Source of the DNA: a virus
Strand: one strand, 5' to 3'
DNA length: 64,000 bases
Virus record (IMG/VR): IMGVR_UViG_3300043409_001462
Span: 1-64,000 of that record
In this document: piece after piece, positions 1 through 7,106 of the stretch
Numbering within the stretch: position 1 is the stretch's first letter
Layout: each line of letters opens with the position of its first letter
Position numbers and translations under genes: made by a program
Notes under the pieces: generated by a model
Database searches by the model: none
Seen by the model: only the letters and a program-made list of their open reading frames with translations
What the model was told of the DNA's origin: nothing

Positions 1-50
1 GACTTCTACCTTGAACTAGAGAATTACGTTGAAACTAATTCAAAATAATT

Positions 51-127
51 TATTGTCTAGCTCCGATTTAGGGTTGACTTCTTTTGAAAACAAGCGTATA
101 CTAATAGCATGGTTGAGAAGGGGAATG
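51..127 (+). repeat. 77-bp direct repeat copy 1 (contains early promoter)
   Basis: tattgtctagctccgatttagggttgacttcttttgaaaacaagcgtatactaatagcatggttgagaaggggaatg is identical to 344-420. Confidence 0.95.
74..102 (+). promoter_or_regulatory. sigma70-type early promoter
   Basis: TTGACT (74-79), 17 nt spacer, TATACT (97-102). Confidence 0.85.
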
Positions 128-337
128 AAAATGTTTCTAGTTTATAAAAATAAGGTCGTCGTCGCGGTCGCCCTAAACGAAACTGAAGCTAGAGAATTAG
201 CTTGCGAAAGCGAAGCTTCCGTCGGCGCTTCGGCTCGGGTGAAGTACCGTATTGTTGAGGTCAAGTCTTCCGCCTTTCTCGAAGACGTACTTGACCGCGA
301 GTTTAAGGTCGCCGTACCTTTTCACTCGCCTTTCTAA
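125..337 (+). CDS. small hypothetical early protein
   Basis: ATG at 125/131 follows GAGAAGGGG downstream of the promoter; the track's longer 29..337 call runs through the promoter. Confidence 0.65.
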   Translation: MKMFLVYKNKVVVAVALNETEARELACESEASVGASARVKYRIVEVKSSAFLEDVLDREFKVAVPFHSPF

Positions 338-343
338 AAAAAG

Positions 344-420
344 TATTGTCTAGCTCCGATTTAGGGTTGACTTCTTTTGAAAACAAGCGTATACTAATAG
401 CATGGTTGAGAAGGGGAATG
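344..420 (+). repeat. 77-bp direct repeat copy 2 (contains early promoter)
   Basis: Identical to 51-127. Confidence 0.95.
367..395 (+). promoter_or_regulatory. sigma70-type early promoter
   Basis: TTGACT (367-372), 17 nt spacer, TATACT (390-395). Confidence 0.85.
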
Positions 421-452
421 GTCCCCGAAGTGAAAAAGGAAGAGGTTGTATA

Positions 453-977
453 ATGGCTACTCAGGCTGGTCTCGCGAACGAACTCTATACCAGTAACGCT
501 AACATCACCCACGAGGCTTTCGTGGCTGAGTTCCTGAAGGTTTTCCCCGCCCAGACGGCGAAGATCGCCGCCCTCTACTGGCAGAACCGCCCTCGTCGGG
601 CTTCTTTCGGTCTCGCCGCTATCGCGCTCCCCGAAATTTACAAGGACTCTACCTCGGCTAAGGAGCCTAAGCCCACCAAGGCAGTTAAGGCTACGGTCAA
701 GCGTATGGCTAAGGAAGCGTTCGCTAAGAAAGGTTTGGCTGACTCTTCCGAAGCGATTGCTAAGATCAAGGAAGCTAACCTGGCTCGGCTGAAGGAAGTT
801 TCTGCCAAGCTTAAGCCCAAGGGTAAGGTTCGTGACTTCGGTACTCGTGTCGCGAAAGCCGAAGGCGAAGGTGTAGCTGACTTTGATCCTACGCTGGCTC
901 GTGAGGAAATCAACTCTATCCTCCGCGACGAGCGTTTGATTGACGTTTGCCCCAAGTTCGTCCGCGAGGACATTTGA
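453..977 (+). CDS. hypothetical basic Lys/Ala-rich early protein
   Basis: ATG 453 follows GGAAGAGG; biased, highly-expressed-looking codons (aag, gct, ttc, cgt). Confidence 0.75.
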   Translation: MATQAGLANELYTSNANITHEAFVAEFLKVFPAQTAKIAALYWQNRPRRASFGLAAIALPEIYKDSTSAKEPKPTKAVKATVKRMAKEAFAKKGLADSSEAIAKIKEANLARLKEVSAKLKPKGKVRDFGTRVAKAEGEGVADFDPTLAREEINSILRDERLIDVCPKFVREDI

Positions 978-989
978 TAAGTTCGGGTT

Positions 990-1044
990 CGGACCTACGG
1001 GTCCGTTCCTTTCAAGCTGATTACGGTCGGCTTTAACGGAACGG
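990..1044 (+). terminator. tandem UACG-tetraloop hairpins; terminator or structured RNA element
   Basis: cggacc-tacg-ggtccg followed by ttccttt, then aagctgat-tacg-gtcggctt. Confidence 0.5.
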
Positions 1045-1057
1045 TTTCTAGGAGAAT

Positions 1058-1243
1058 ATGATGACTTCACTTGATGAACGCATGAACGAGGGTATTGACC
1101 GCCTGATCGCCACTCTCGAGGAGATCAAAGCCAAGCAAGGCGGGTACTACGTCAAGGCTATAACCGTGGCTGAGGTTGGTGAGCGAGCCAAGCACTACGC
1201 CGAATACTGGGACTACAAGCTTACCGATTGGGCTACCGACTGA
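1058..1243 (+). CDS. hypothetical protein
   Basis: AGGAGA RBS; 61-aa ORF. Confidence 0.7.
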   Translation: MMTSLDERMNEGIDRLIATLEEIKAKQGGYYVKAITVAEVGERAKHYAEYWDYKLTDWATD

Positions 1244-1248
1244 GGAGA

Positions 1249-1416
1249 ATGATGATGGATAAGGCGGACAAAGAAGTTTTGAAAGCGTTGGCGCAAATAG
1301 CGGCTGGGCTTCTCAGCCTGATCGCTGGTATCACGCTGATCAGCTTAGGTACGAACCTGTATATCGGTCTCGGCGTGTTTTTCCTGATCATGTACTACAA
1401 CACTACTCGTGATTAA
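1249..1416 (+). CDS. small membrane protein (2 TM)
   Basis: GAGGAG RBS before ATG 1249; two hydrophobic stretches. Confidence 0.7.
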   Translation: MMMDKADKEVLKALAQIAAGLLSLIAGITLISLGTNLYIGLGVFFLIMYYNTTRD

Positions 1417-1423
1417 AAGCGAC

Positions 1424-1452
1424 TTGACTTGTTGTAAAATCTAGGCTATGAT
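1424..1452 (+). promoter_or_regulatory. sigma70-type early promoter
   Basis: TTGACT, 17 nt spacer, TATGAT upstream of the DUF932 gene. Confidence 0.8.
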
Positions 1453-1482
1453 TAACTATCGGTTGAAAGAAGGAAGTACACA

Positions 1483-2442
1483 ATGGCACATATGATTGAA
1501 TCCCTGAATGGCGTCGCTCAAATGGCTTACGCTGGCGACGTTCCGTGGCATGGTCTCGGCACCAAGGTTCCTAACGACCTGACCCCCGAGCAGATGCTTG
1601 ATGCGGCTGGTCTCAACTGGACCGTCGAAAAGGTTCCTGCCTACGCTAACGTAGCTGGTCAGAACGTAGCTATCGGACAGTCGGCTCTTGTCCGCTCTAT
1701 GGATAACAAGATCCTCGACGTTGTTTCTGACGACTGGAATCCTGTACAGAACCAGGAAGCGTTCGAGTTCTTCAACGACTTCGTAGCTGCTGGTGATATG
1801 GAAATGCACACGGCTGGCTCCCTCTGCGACGGTAAGATCGTCTGGGGTCTTGCTAAGGTTAAGGAGTCGTTCTCCCTGTTTAAGGGCGATCAGATTGATT
1901 CCTACCTGCTGTTTTCTAACTTCCACAAGTACGGTCATTCTACCGACGTTCGCTTTACGCCTATTCGCGTAGTGTGTAACAATACGCTGACTCTGTCGCT
2001 TAACTCTAAGGTTGAGCAGATGGCTAAGATCAGCCACCGTAAGGTATTCAACCCTGACGATGTGAAGGGTATGCTCGGTATTGCTCACGACAAGCTTGCT
2101 AAGTACAAGGATATGGCTGCGTTCCTTGGTTCTAAGCGTTACAACGACGAGAATATCGTTGAGTACTTCTGCCGTATCTTCCCTGTTTCTGGCTCTAACG
2201 AGAACAAGAAGAAGGAAGTTTCGAAGAACGCTGAATTGGCTCTTGACCTTCTCGAGACTCAGCCTGGTGCTGAATACGCTCCTGGTACGTTCTGGCAGGC
2301 TTTCAATGCTGTCACCTACTTGACCGATCACTTGTACGGTCGTAGCGCTGATAGCCGCCTGCAGTCTGCTTGGTATGGTTACCATAAGGGTGTCAAGACC
2401 AAGGCTCTCGAGACTGCGGTCGAAATGGCGGAGGCTGTGTGA
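1483..2442 (+). CDS. DUF932 family (TIGR03299 phage/plasmid-like) protein
   Basis: Motifs MAYAGDVPWHGLG, AAGLNWTV, PVQNQEAFEFF, TPIRVVCNNTL, GTFWQAFNAVT. Confidence 0.85.
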   Translation: MAHMIESLNGVAQMAYAGDVPWHGLGTKVPNDLTPEQMLDAAGLNWTVEKVPAYANVAGQNVAIGQSALVRSMDNKILDVVSDDWNPVQNQEAFEFFNDFVAAGDMEMHTAGSLCDGKIVWGLAKVKESFSLFKGDQIDSYLLFSNFHKYGHSTDVRFTPIRVVCNNTLTLSLNSKVEQMAKISHRKVFNPDDVKGMLGIAHDKLAKYKDMAAFLGSKRYNDENIVEYFCRIFPVSGSNENKKKEVSKNAELALDLLETQPGAEYAPGTFWQAFNAVTYLTDHLYGRSADSRLQSAWYGYHKGVKTKALETAVEMAEAV

Positions 2443-2792
2443 TGAAAAACGGAATTTTGTTTGACGAAGTTAAAAAGTCTTTGGTCGAAAACATCCCTCA
2501 TGGACGACGATTCAGATCTAGCGATCTAGCACGTTATGTTAAGAATTTTAATGCAACAGACGTAGCTTATGGTTTAAGTCGAATGAATCGAAACGGCGAA
2601 GTAAAAATCGTAGATTACGAATATACTGATAAGGTTCCTGCTGGACGCCTTCGTATTTACGAGAGAGCCGATATGCAAAACCGTTTGCCCTTAGCTCAAG
2701 CTCTTGCCAATATTATTGGTGTAAAAGAGAAAAAGTTATGGGAATATTCCGATGAAGAACTGCTTAACGAAATTAAGCGTCGTCTAATCTAA
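2439..2792 (+). CDS. hypothetical protein, possible winged-helix DNA binder
   Basis: Overlaps the upstream stop; FRSSDLARY...DVAYGLSRMNRNGEV resembles a wHTH. Confidence 0.6.
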   Translation: MMKNGILFDEVKKSLVENIPHGRRFRSSDLARYVKNFNATDVAYGLSRMNRNGEVKIVDYEYTDKVPAGRLRIYERADMQNRLPLAQALANIIGVKEKKLWEYSDEELLNEIKRRLI

Positions 2793-2802
2793 AGGAAGCG
2801 AA

Positions 2803-3027
2803 ATGCAAATTATTCAGTTCCCTGCTCGTGAAGATGTTACCTATATAGACAGCAAACCAGTTCAAAAGCCAAAGTATGGATATCAGTATCTTCTGATGTG
2901 CAAGGAAATCCTTGACATTCACGATTATGAAGAAGTGCTTCTAGCTATTATGGATGAAGACTACTACCAAGATGCTGATATGCAAATTCGTGCAATGGTA
3001 GATGCTTATTACACTTTCGATAGCTAG
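2803..3027 (+). CDS. hypothetical protein
   Basis: AAGGAAG RBS; 74 aa. Confidence 0.7.
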   Translation: MQIIQFPAREDVTYIDSKPVQKPKYGYQYLLMCKEILDIHDYEEVLLAIMDEDYYQDADMQIRAMVDAYYTFDS

Positions 3028-3036
3028 GAGAAATAA

Positions 3037-4164
3037 ATGGCTCGTCGCGCAGCAATGATAGCTAAGAAGCAGAAACCGATTCGTGTATCTCGTAGCGAAT
3101 CGTATCTGATCAATGTGAAGTATATGGGCGACGAGCCAGAGTTCCTTGGAGCAATGACCTCAGGCGAATATGGGTTGGCGTTGAATTGGTACAACTCAAT
3201 GTGTACCACCAACGATGCCAGAGAATACATAACCGAATATCTCACGAAGCGCAATCGTAAAGCTGAGGTCAAGCTGCTCGCCAAGCTTGACAATTGCTGG
3301 GTTCCTACGACTGTAGCTTGGCGTTGCCGTATGCTTGACCGTGGCTATGAAGTTCCGTCCGAGGGGAACTTTCTAGAGTCGGAACTAGCCAAGGCACTAG
3401 GTAGGGTCATCAAAGCCGATGAGGAGGCGTCTCTGGGCTCTCTAGCCTCGTCCAAACGGTCAATTCAGGACCGTATGAGGGAACGCCAAAGTGAAATCAT
3501 CGGCGAGCTCGAAGAGCTACTTGACCAGGACAATAACGAGCTTAACCTTTACGATTGGTTGAAGGCTAGGCAAATTCCAGCTACGTATTCTCCTGCTATA
3601 GCTGCTTACTACGCTGGTCCTCTCACTGAGTTGATCGAGGCGTATGAGGGGAAAGACCAACAGCTAAAGGAAGCCTACCGTCATATGACGAGAAAGCAAC
3701 TGGCGGACCGTATCAAGTTCTTCCATAATCTCATCTCTGACGCAGAGAAGTATGCTGGGGTCGCCAAGAAGACTCGTGCTCCTCGCAAGCCTCGTGCAAT
3801 ATCAAAGGAAAAGATCCTCAAGAATCTGAAGTTCCAGAAGGAAGACAATACCTACAAGATTGCATCATTGAATCCAGAGAAGATTCTCGGCGCACAAGAG
3901 CTATGGACGTTCAACACCAAGTACAAGATCGTGACGGTGTTTCGTGCACTCGATCGTGGTGGACTCCAAGTCAAGGGAACTAGCATCATCGGATATGATG
4001 AAGCAACAAGTATGAGCAAGAGCACTGGTCGAAAGCCTGAGATAGTGCTTGACAAACTCCAGAAATCAGGTAAGATAGTACTTAAGAAGTTGATGGAAGA
4101 ACTGAAAGATAAAACACTTCAGAACCGAATCAACGAAAACACTGTACTGATGAAGGTGATATAA
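3037..4164 (+). CDS. conserved hypothetical phage protein
   Basis: AGGAGA RBS; 375-aa ORF with phage-like codon use. Confidence 0.8.
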   Translation: MARRAAMIAKKQKPIRVSRSESYLINVKYMGDEPEFLGAMTSGEYGLALNWYNSMCTTNDAREYITEYLTKRNRKAEVKLLAKLDNCWVPTTVAWRCRMLDRGYEVPSEGNFLESELAKALGRVIKADEEASLGSLASSKRSIQDRMRERQSEIIGELEELLDQDNNELNLYDWLKARQIPATYSPAIAAYYAGPLTELIEAYEGKDQQLKEAYRHMTRKQLADRIKFFHNLISDAEKYAGVAKKTRAPRKPRAISKEKILKNLKFQKEDNTYKIASLNPEKILGAQELWTFNTKYKIVTVFRALDRGGLQVKGTSIIGYDEATSMSKSTGRKPEIVLDKLQKSGKIVLKKLMEELKDKTLQNRINENTVLMKVI

Positions 4165-4604
4165 TGAAAAACTGTTGGATCTTTGATATGGATGGTACGC
4201 TTTGTAATAGCGACCATAGAGCGCACTTCCTTGCTAATGGTAAGAAGGACTGGGCTGGTTGGTTCCGTGATATGGGTGATGATCCTATCCACAAGGATAT
4301 CGCTCAGTTCTATGACTATGCAGTCGCGAATAGTTTCCCTGTGTTTATCTGCACTGGTCGTGAAGAAGGCTATCGTTCGGTCTCGCAGTTCTGGTTGGAT
4401 AAGAACGGTATCAACGTCGATGGCTTGTTCATGCGTCGTGCAGGTGATCGTAGAGATGATTCTGTCATAAAGAAGGAAATGCTTGAGCAGCTACGTATTG
4501 CTGGGTTTAATCCTGTGATGGTTTTTGAGGATCGAGATCGTGTCGTGAAGATGTGGCGCGAGAATGGCATTCGTTGTATGCAAGTTGCTCCAGGAGATTT
4601 TTGA
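4164..4604 (+). CDS. HAD-superfamily phosphatase (PseT/PNK 3'-phosphatase-like domain)
   Basis: FDMDGTL, ICTGR, MRRAGDRRDDSVIKKE and FEDRDRVVKMWR match the Pnkp phosphatase domain. Confidence 0.85.
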   Translation: MKNCWIFDMDGTLCNSDHRAHFLANGKKDWAGWFRDMGDDPIHKDIAQFYDYAVANSFPVFICTGREEGYRSVSQFWLDKNGINVDGLFMRRAGDRRDDSVIKKEMLEQLRIAGFNPVMVFEDRDRVVKMWRENGIRCMQVAPGDF

Positions 4605-4834
4605 TGGCTCCTAGCATAGAAGAACGAAAAGCCTATGTCGAAGGTTACTCAATTGTGAATCAATTTAATTTGAGGTCACATAAGTTCCCTCTTAATCCAT
4701 ATGCTGCTTTTAAAGAGCCATTGCTCTGGGAAGCTTGGGAAGTTGGATTCAATGATGCGTTCGACGACGAAATTCAAATACTATCTCTAATTGAGGAAAT
4801 GACTGATGGCGAAGAAAACAGTAATGATGATTGA
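4604..4834 (+). CDS. small protein with RMF/CrpP-like motif
   Basis: KAYVEGY...NPY...WEAWEVGFNDA; ATG coupled to the upstream TGA. Confidence 0.55.
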   Translation: MAPSIEERKAYVEGYSIVNQFNLRSHKFPLNPYAAFKEPLLWEAWEVGFNDAFDDEIQILSLIEEMTDGEENSNDD

Positions 4835-5021
4835 TCCACCTTCGGGTTGGAAGTATGGATTCCCTATGCCAATCGATCTTATCGAGTCAAAGGGTCGTGT
4901 ACTCGAATGGTTGGTTGAGCAAGGATATCCTCAGGCTGAGATTGATGCATGCGGCGATCACTTCTATAGTCGCTACTGGGAAACGGAGATTGAAGATGAT
5001 GACAATCAAGACAATCGCTGA
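4806..5021 (+). CDS. hypothetical protein
   Basis: GAGG RBS; IDPPSGWKYGFP motif. Confidence 0.7.
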   Translation: MAKKTVMMIDPPSGWKYGFPMPIDLIESKGRVLEWLVEQGYPQAEIDACGDHFYSRYWETEIEDDDNQDNR

Positions 5022-5199
5022 TATCAGAGCAGTAAATTACTGGGGATGGATGCAAAATGAATGGGATGGTTTCAGCTACCCTAAACCAGAAAAGTATTGG
5101 ACAATTATCAATCATGAGATTCAGATAAAAGATCCCTCGGGCAAGTGGACCGCAATCGAAGTTGTTGATATTAACAAGGATGGAAAAGATGCAGTTTGA
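4996..5199 (+). CDS. hypothetical protein
   Basis: GGAG RBS before ATG 4996 (3' part of track ORF 4831..5199). Confidence 0.6.
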   Translation: MMTIKTIADIRAVNYWGWMQNEWDGFSYPKPEKYWTIINHEIQIKDPSGKWTAIEVVDINKDGKDAV

Positions 5200-5431
5200 A
5201 ATTGATGACACACTCCTCGATAAGCTTATCGTTGATACGCTAAAGCGAGATTATATCTCTCAGCAGAACGATATTGCTCGGCTGCTAGGTAAGGCAGTTC
5301 CTCTTCAACCTTTCGAGAAAGAGGATCTTTGGATGCATAAAGAAACTGCTGAAGGTCTTGCAATCGTTCTTCGGTACTATATGTATCGCCCTGATGCTGA
5401 TGCTTTTATTGCAGAGCATACGTATCCATGA
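5189..5431 (+). CDS. hypothetical protein
   Basis: AAGGA RBS before ATG 5189; packed in operon. Confidence 0.65.
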   Translation: MQFEIDDTLLDKLIVDTLKRDYISQQNDIARLLGKAVPLQPFEKEDLWMHKETAEGLAIVLRYYMYRPDADAFIAEHTYP

Positions 5432-5637
5432 TTACTCGATTGGATCCTCCTATGCCGATCATGACCCCGAAGGGTCGTGCTCTTGCTCATTTTCTTATTG
5501 ATTATGGTCCTGAGCACGACCTGATGTGGGTATGTTTTCAAGATGATACTGGTGAATGTTGGACCTGGGAAAATGCTCATATTAGAGCTAGAGTAAATCA
5601 AACATTAGGTAGAAATCAAATTTCAAAAATAACTTGA
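5428..5637 (+). CDS. hypothetical protein
   Basis: ATGA overlap with previous gene; IDYGPEHDLMW...TGECWTW. Confidence 0.7.
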   Translation: MITRLDPPMPIMTPKGRALAHFLIDYGPEHDLMWVCFQDDTGECWTWENAHIRARVNQTLGRNQISKIT

Positions 5638-5667
5638 CTTTCACTAGATGTTCCGCTATACTAAATA
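5634..5667 (+). promoter_or_regulatory. sigma70 promoter for tmRNA/tRNA, with overlapping late-like CTAAATA
   Basis: TTGACT (5634-39), 17 nt spacer, TATACT (5657-62) continuing as AAATA. Confidence 0.8.
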
Positions 5668-5668
5668 C

Positions 5669-5976
5669 ATTGCTTAGTTGTTGAAACGTAAGGAATAGAC
5701 GATTCGGACTCGGGGGCAGTACCCGACGCCTCCACCATAAGGAAATTAACATGGAAAAGGTACAAGCATATCTATTATTTACGATGCTGTTTTTCTTAGG
5801 TATGTATCTCTTAATATATTAATTTCTTTATGATGGGGGCGAAATAGGCTCGACGGATTGTAGTAAAGTTACGAAGAGACTAAGTAAACTCGTAAATGCA
5901 AACGATAACAATGCATCTCGTTTGGCTCTAGCAGCCTAACATGCGTCCGAGGGGAACGTGGAAACAGAATCCCCTC
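5669..5976 (+). ncRNA. ssrA: circularly permuted two-piece tmRNA (alphaproteobacterial type); tag ANDNNASRLALAA*
   Basis: Acceptor piece ends with T-arm tcggg-GGCAGTA-cccga, CGCCTCC-A-CCA (5710-5737). Intervening segment 5738-5834. Coding piece starts GGGGGCG (5835-41) and pairs with CGCCTCC including G3.U70. Resume codon GCA at 5898 after TAAAT, frame to TAA 5939. 3' hairpin gagggga/tcccctc. Outer ends are approximate. Confidence 0.92.
5751..5822 (+). CDS. putative 23-aa hydrophobic peptide MEKVQAYLLFTMLFFLGMYLLIY inside the tmRNA intervening segment
   Basis: AAGGA RBS at 5739-43, ATG 5751, TAA 5820-22; single TM-like helix. Confidence 0.5.
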   Translation: MEKVQAYLLFTMLFFLGMYLLIY

Positions 5977-5987
5977 AATTCTATCAA

Positions 5988-6064
5988 GGTTCCTTAGCTC
6001 AGCTGGATAGAGCAACGGATTTCTACTCCGTGGGTCGAGGGTTCGAATCCTTCAGGAACCGCCA
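5988..6064 (+). tRNA. tRNA-Arg (anticodon UCU)
   Basis: GGTTCCT/AGGAACC acceptor stem, D-arm, acgga-TTTCTAC-tccgt anticodon arm, GTTCGAATC T-loop, encoded CCA. Confidence 0.95.
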
Positions 6065-6099
6065 TATTATGTGTGTTTAACAAACGAAAAGGAAAAAAT

Positions 6100-6636
6100 A
6101 TGAAGCGTACATTCACAACTCTTGCTATTCTTGCTGCTGCAGTAAGTTTTGCTGCTGCAGCGGATCTTCCTAGCAAGAAGATTCCAACTCCTCCAGCTCC
6201 ATTGTTCACCCAGCTTAATAACTACGCTGGTGTTAATATTGGTATGGATACCGCCGATCATACTGTATACTCAGGCGGTATTGCAGTTGGGACAAATGTC
6301 CTTCCATATCTTGCAGTAGAAGCTGCATATGATTTCGGATACCAGAAGGACAAGATTAATGGTAAGCGTGAAATGCAGAACGAACTATTCGTTAATGCAA
6401 TTCCACAGTACAAGATCCCAGGCATGGATGTAACTGCCTATGTTCTTGGTGGTGTTGGATACGAGTGGAGTTCTGTTAAGAAAAATCATGCTTTGTATAA
6501 CGTAGGTGGTGGTGTTAAGTACGACTTTGCTCGTAACTTTGATGTCGATGCTCGCTATCGTTATATCGATTCTCTTGACGAAAAGTTTAAGGTTGAAGAC
6601 AATCGCTTTACTCTTGGTGTGAACTACAAGTTCTAA
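6100..6636 (+). CDS. outer-membrane beta-barrel protein (Omp25/RopB/OmpA-like)
   Basis: Signal peptide MKRTF...AAA|ADLPSKK, Pro-rich linker, amphipathic beta strands, C-terminal GVNYKF. Confidence 0.85.
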   Translation: MKRTFTTLAILAAAVSFAAAADLPSKKIPTPPAPLFTQLNNYAGVNIGMDTADHTVYSGGIAVGTNVLPYLAVEAAYDFGYQKDKINGKREMQNELFVNAIPQYKIPGMDVTAYVLGGVGYEWSSVKKNHALYNVGGGVKYDFARNFDVDARYRYIDSLDEKFKVEDNRFTLGVNYKF

Positions 6637-6643
6637 TCCAAAT

Positions 6644-6680
6644 AGAATGGCTGGTGGTTTATCCAGCCATTCTTAATCTT
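6644..6680 (+). terminator. Rho-independent terminator
   Basis: agaatggctgg / ccagccattct inverted repeat after the Omp stop. Confidence 0.7.
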
Positions 6681-6691
6681 TAGAGGATATC

Positions 6692-6901
6692 ATGAAAGAA
6701 GTGAAAATTGTCAAAGACATTCCTGTTGGTGTTCTCTTAATAGTTTTATCTCAATTTGTTTTTTATGGAGTTATATACCTGACTAAATTTCCTAACTTTT
6801 GGGAATTAGCAGGTATAGTTTTTTGCACGTTAGTTTCTAGCGACATGATCCATTATGGGTTTAGGCTGATCAAAGGTTATGAACATGATACAAGTGAATA
6901 G
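6692..6901 (+). CDS. small membrane protein
   Basis: GAGGA RBS; two hydrophobic segments. Confidence 0.65.
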   Translation: MKEVKIVKDIPVGVLLIVLSQFVFYGVIYLTKFPNFWELAGIVFCTLVSSDMIHYGFRLIKGYEHDTSE

Positions 6902-7106
6902 CTCATTTATTGAAGACATAGAAAAAATTCACCGTACCAAGAATATGGATTACATCGACGCTGTAGTTATGTGGTGTGAAAAAAACAAATTAGAAGTTGA
7001 ATATGCTGCTTCCTTAATAAAGAAAGATCCAGCTATTAAAGGTAAGATCCAAGTCGAAGCTGAGAATTTAAATATTTTGAAACGTGGTGCGAGGTTACCG
7101 ATATGA
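6879..7106 (+). CDS. gp33: late promoter transcription co-activator gp33
   Basis: FIEDIE...YIDAVVMWCEKN...IQVEAENLN matches the gp33 pattern; synteny with gp59 and gp32. Confidence 0.8.
   Translation: MNMIQVNSSFIEDIEKIHRTKNMDYIDAVVMWCEKNKLEVEYAASLIKKDPAIKGKIQVEAENLNILKRGARLPI

Noticed and set aside
51-420. CRISPR-like array
   Set aside because: Only two 77-bp units, separated by a gene, and no cas genes
303-2385. Long minus-strand ORFs 303..1070 and 1456..2385
   Set aside because: They are antisense shadows of codon-biased plus-strand genes, lack an RBS or motifs, and oppose strong plus-strand promoters
4049-4076. Internal promoter TTGACA-16-TAAGAT before the HAD phosphatase
   Set aside because: Plausible, but it has a 16-nt spacer and lies inside a coding region; too weak to list as a feature
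6015-6031. Possible amber-suppressor tRNA (CTA in the loop) or TAG recoding
   Set aside because: The 7-nt loop TTTCTAC places TCT at positions 34-36. TAG also ends genes at sensible positions (for example gp8 at 30672, and 41535), and long ORFs are intact in the standard code
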